A stretch of DNA of 64,000 bases, from the NCBI RefSeq assembly GCF_009914755.1, contig NC_060941.1. One strand, written 5' to 3'. The translations under genes were made by a program, and so were the position numbers. Shown here piece by piece: positions 60,684 through 64,000 of this stretch. The notes below the pieces were generated by a model that did not search any database, was not told the origin of the DNA, and saw only the letters and a program-made list of their open reading frames with translations. The stretch is from the human T2T-CHM13v2.0 reference genome, Homo sapiens. Position 1 is the stretch's first letter. Each line of letters opens with the position of its first letter.

Positions 60684-61024
<341 letters not shown>

Positions 61025-61099
61025 GATTCATGATTGAAGTACCATTACCATAAATGCTATACATCCATGCATTGGATGTTAAAGGGATCATAACAAAAA

Positions 61100-61640
61100 A
61101 AAAAAAACAGTGTCCTTTGGGTTTTGGGAAGGCTTCCTGGAGAAATAACATTGAGGCTGAGCTTGATGTAGGGAGGGAAGTAGCAGGGTGCATTTCATGT
61201 GCTGAGGGAAGAGAGGGTGGCTGGAATGCAGAGAGTGAGGAGGACAGGGGGACAGGCGAGGTCACACTTGCGTTGGCGGGGATAAAAATTCTTATCTTAG
61301 GAGGGTTGGGGAAGCCATCCATTTAAAAGTTTAAGGGATGGGATGGGAAATGATCAGGTTTGCGTTTTGAAAATATCTCTCTGACAGTCTACACGAAAAG
61401 TGGCTTGTGGGTACCCCAGGGGGCTGTGGGGGAATCAGTGAGTAAGTTGTTGTGGTGATCCACTTGAGGAAGGATGGCTGCTTAGCTGAGTTCTTGGAGG
61501 TAGTGATGGAGACCAGTGGATGGATTTGAGATGCATCTGAGAATTGGAGCAGCAGCTTGGTGGTTTGGTTAGTTGAGGAGTAGCAAGTGTTAAAGGTGAG
61601 AGGCAAATTTGACTTCTCATTGATGTGAGCAGAGCCCCCA
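61100..61640. mobile_element. L2 fragment
   Basis: ggaaggcttcctgg...gatcaggtttgcgttttgaaa...ggatggatttgagat, purine-rich L2 body. Confidence 0.65.
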
Positions 61641-64000
61641 ACCCCCACCTCCGTGAGATTGAGAGTGTTGGCCCATGCAGGGGACAGGCAGGGCAGGTGT
61701 GCCTGGCTCAGGGGGTTGAGTGTAACCCCTTGGCTGGCAATCGGCATACTCTTAGTGACGGACCCCTATTGGTAAACTTGTTTTTGAGCTTGCACTGTAT
61801 ACATATTTATTTATAAATGACATACATATACTTCTGTACTAAAATAGCATGCTCCTAATAAGGCAAATCATTAAAAATAAAATAGGATGAGAAAAAAAGC
61901 TAAGCACACATAAACATTTTAATCTTTTTCTTCTAAACCCTACTTCGGAGACCACTGCTTTTGGCCATGGGGAGCACTTAATGAGTTTTAGGGTGGGGGT
62001 GGCCAGGTCAGATGGGTGTTGGGGAAAGAGCACTCTGCAATCCAGGGGCTCTCCCGTGAGTTCTGCCCAGGCCAGGGGCCCAAGGAGGAGGTGCTCTTGC
62101 AGTCTTGTCGTGTGTGGCCTGGTGAGTCAGGGACATGAAATTGTGGCATAATTGCTATCCCCCGAGAAGTGATGTTGGCAATATCATACCAGGTGTGTGA
62201 GGGCTTATTGGTGTTTGATGTTTGCTAGTCTGTGTGTGCTCAACCTATGGGAATATGGCAAGGCCCACTCCCCTGTGGTCCAGCAGGTTCCTGTCTAGAG
62301 GGCTGAAGGCCATAGTTAGCCAGGGAGAGCCTGATCTTCTAAAGAGAGCATCACGTGAGGGATATAGTGTCAGTTCTCAGCACCTCTACTACCTGCAACG
62401 CCATCACCAGCCAATTCTGAGCTCATGTGGGCCACTCTTCCCCTTCTCTCTGGTGGATTGATAATCATACTTCCCTACTGAACTCCAAAGACTGAAAATG
62501 ATGCAAAGTGAATTGTTTCTATCTTTGCAATCCAAACGTTCCTCTTCGTTTACTCTCCAGATCCCTTCCAGCAAATTGGTATTGCCACTCTCCCTCCATC
62601 CCTGGGTTCTCGGGGCTAATTCTGTTCCAGCTCGCTCTGTTTAGCTCTTTCTTCGAGCAGAACCCAAGCTAGGATCTTGCCTTCCAGAGAATGCTTTAAA
62701 AAGCCTTGTTTCCCAATATACTGCGTTTCAGTTTTCCACGAGTGCAGCCATGCTCGGGAGAGGCGTACGAGCTGCTTTTACATGTGAGAGGTGAACAAAT
62801 CAAAGGTGAGCCCGTTCTGCCTCAGTGAGGCCTTTTGTGTAAAAAGGGCCTTCTGGAGTAAAGCAATCAGGTTGACTGACAACTGCCGAGGCTACCAGTG
62901 ACAGTCCTGCTCCGTGGGATAACTTGGAGAAAAATCAGGGCCAAAAGCAGACAAAAGGATGTCCAGAAACTGGAGGTGGGGAAGCCTGAGTGAGATCAAA
63001 CAACCTGAAAATGTGTCTTCCATCCATTTAGGGCTTTATGTGCAGCGAGGTTGGAGTGGCTGGCTGAGGATGTCAACATTTTAAATTTGTCACTGCTTTG
63101 ACTTCCCTAGCTTTATCTCCCTTCAGATCAAAGCGGGGAGACTAGGAGTTGTCACTACTGGATTTGGTTTCAGACTATGTTGGTGTACCCTTGCTTTATG
63201 ACCTTGGGGTTTCCTGTCTTTGCTTGGGGTGACGGGTTCATTTCAAACAAGTGAGATGTGTGTTGTGGTCTTTTATTCAGAGTGGGGAGCTCTTAGAAGC
63301 ACCCACAGAGGCTTTGAAAGGACTGGGAAGCAGCTTGGAGGGCCAGTTGCGTATTTTCCAAGGATTCCTGAATATCAGGAATCCAGAAGTTTCTATTTGT
63401 TAGCCTTGCTGCTCCTCCAAGGAGCCATCCTGAAGGCAGTTTAGTCCTGCACTGGGAGACAAGGCACAGGCCTGAAGAATTCCTGCCCCCTGCTGTATAA
63501 TAAATCTGATACTAAAATTAGTGCTGGCCTCCTGAGCCATATTTCTTGCTGAGATGATAAAGAAGTGTGTGTGTGGCAGGCTCATCTTTCAGGATTGGAG
63601 GATGTTGCTTTATGTCAGATAAGTGCCCAGGTCTCGAGATCATTTTTTTATGGCAGCCTCTCCCCCATTTCCCTGCTTCCTCTCCCTGTTCTGTTTTGTT
63701 AGGGGTAGGAGTAGGTAGGGGTGGATAGGGGAGAAATATTTTAGCTTGTCTTCTGGTTTTGTGTAAGTCTCTGTCACCGTAGGTAGATGTTCCTTGAGAA
63801 TCTTTCTGAAGGTTTTATAATTGAGTCTTTTACCTCCGTGACAAGATATTATTCACTTTCTCTAAAGCGTTTACTTTATGCTTGGGCTGGGGTTGGGGGG
63901 TGGGGGGCAGACTTTTTTTTTTTTTTTTTTTTTTTTCAGGGAACTCTGTCTCTAGAAGAGACTTGCCGTCAGGGCAGTTGAATGGCCAGCTTACGACTTT

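Overview
Human-type genomic DNA, identified by Alu/L1/MIR content and a human-lineage AluYb8. It holds the promoter and 5' part of MSI2 (Musashi-2, chr17q22) on the + strand. Positions 1-35.3 kb are intergenic and packed with nested old L1s, Alus, MaLR LTRs and DNA transposons, plus 5' fragments of Y4 RNA and U2 snRNA. A CpG-island promoter (~36.8-38.4 kb) is followed by coding exons 1-5 (312 nt, 104 aa, the N-terminus and all of RRM1), and an alternative in-frame start gives MADLTSV... From 43.27 kb to the end the window is inside the very long intron 5. Nearly all listed ORFs are repeat-derived or chance. I see no new multi-gene system. The best leads are regulatory: a candidate Musashi/QKI-flanked poison microexon in intron 4, routes to RRM1-only truncated isoforms, an in-frame 18-nt linker microexon candidate, N-terminal switching through intron 1, and unusual small-RNA capture events. 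All were read by eye. Repeat boundaries and subfamily calls are approximate.
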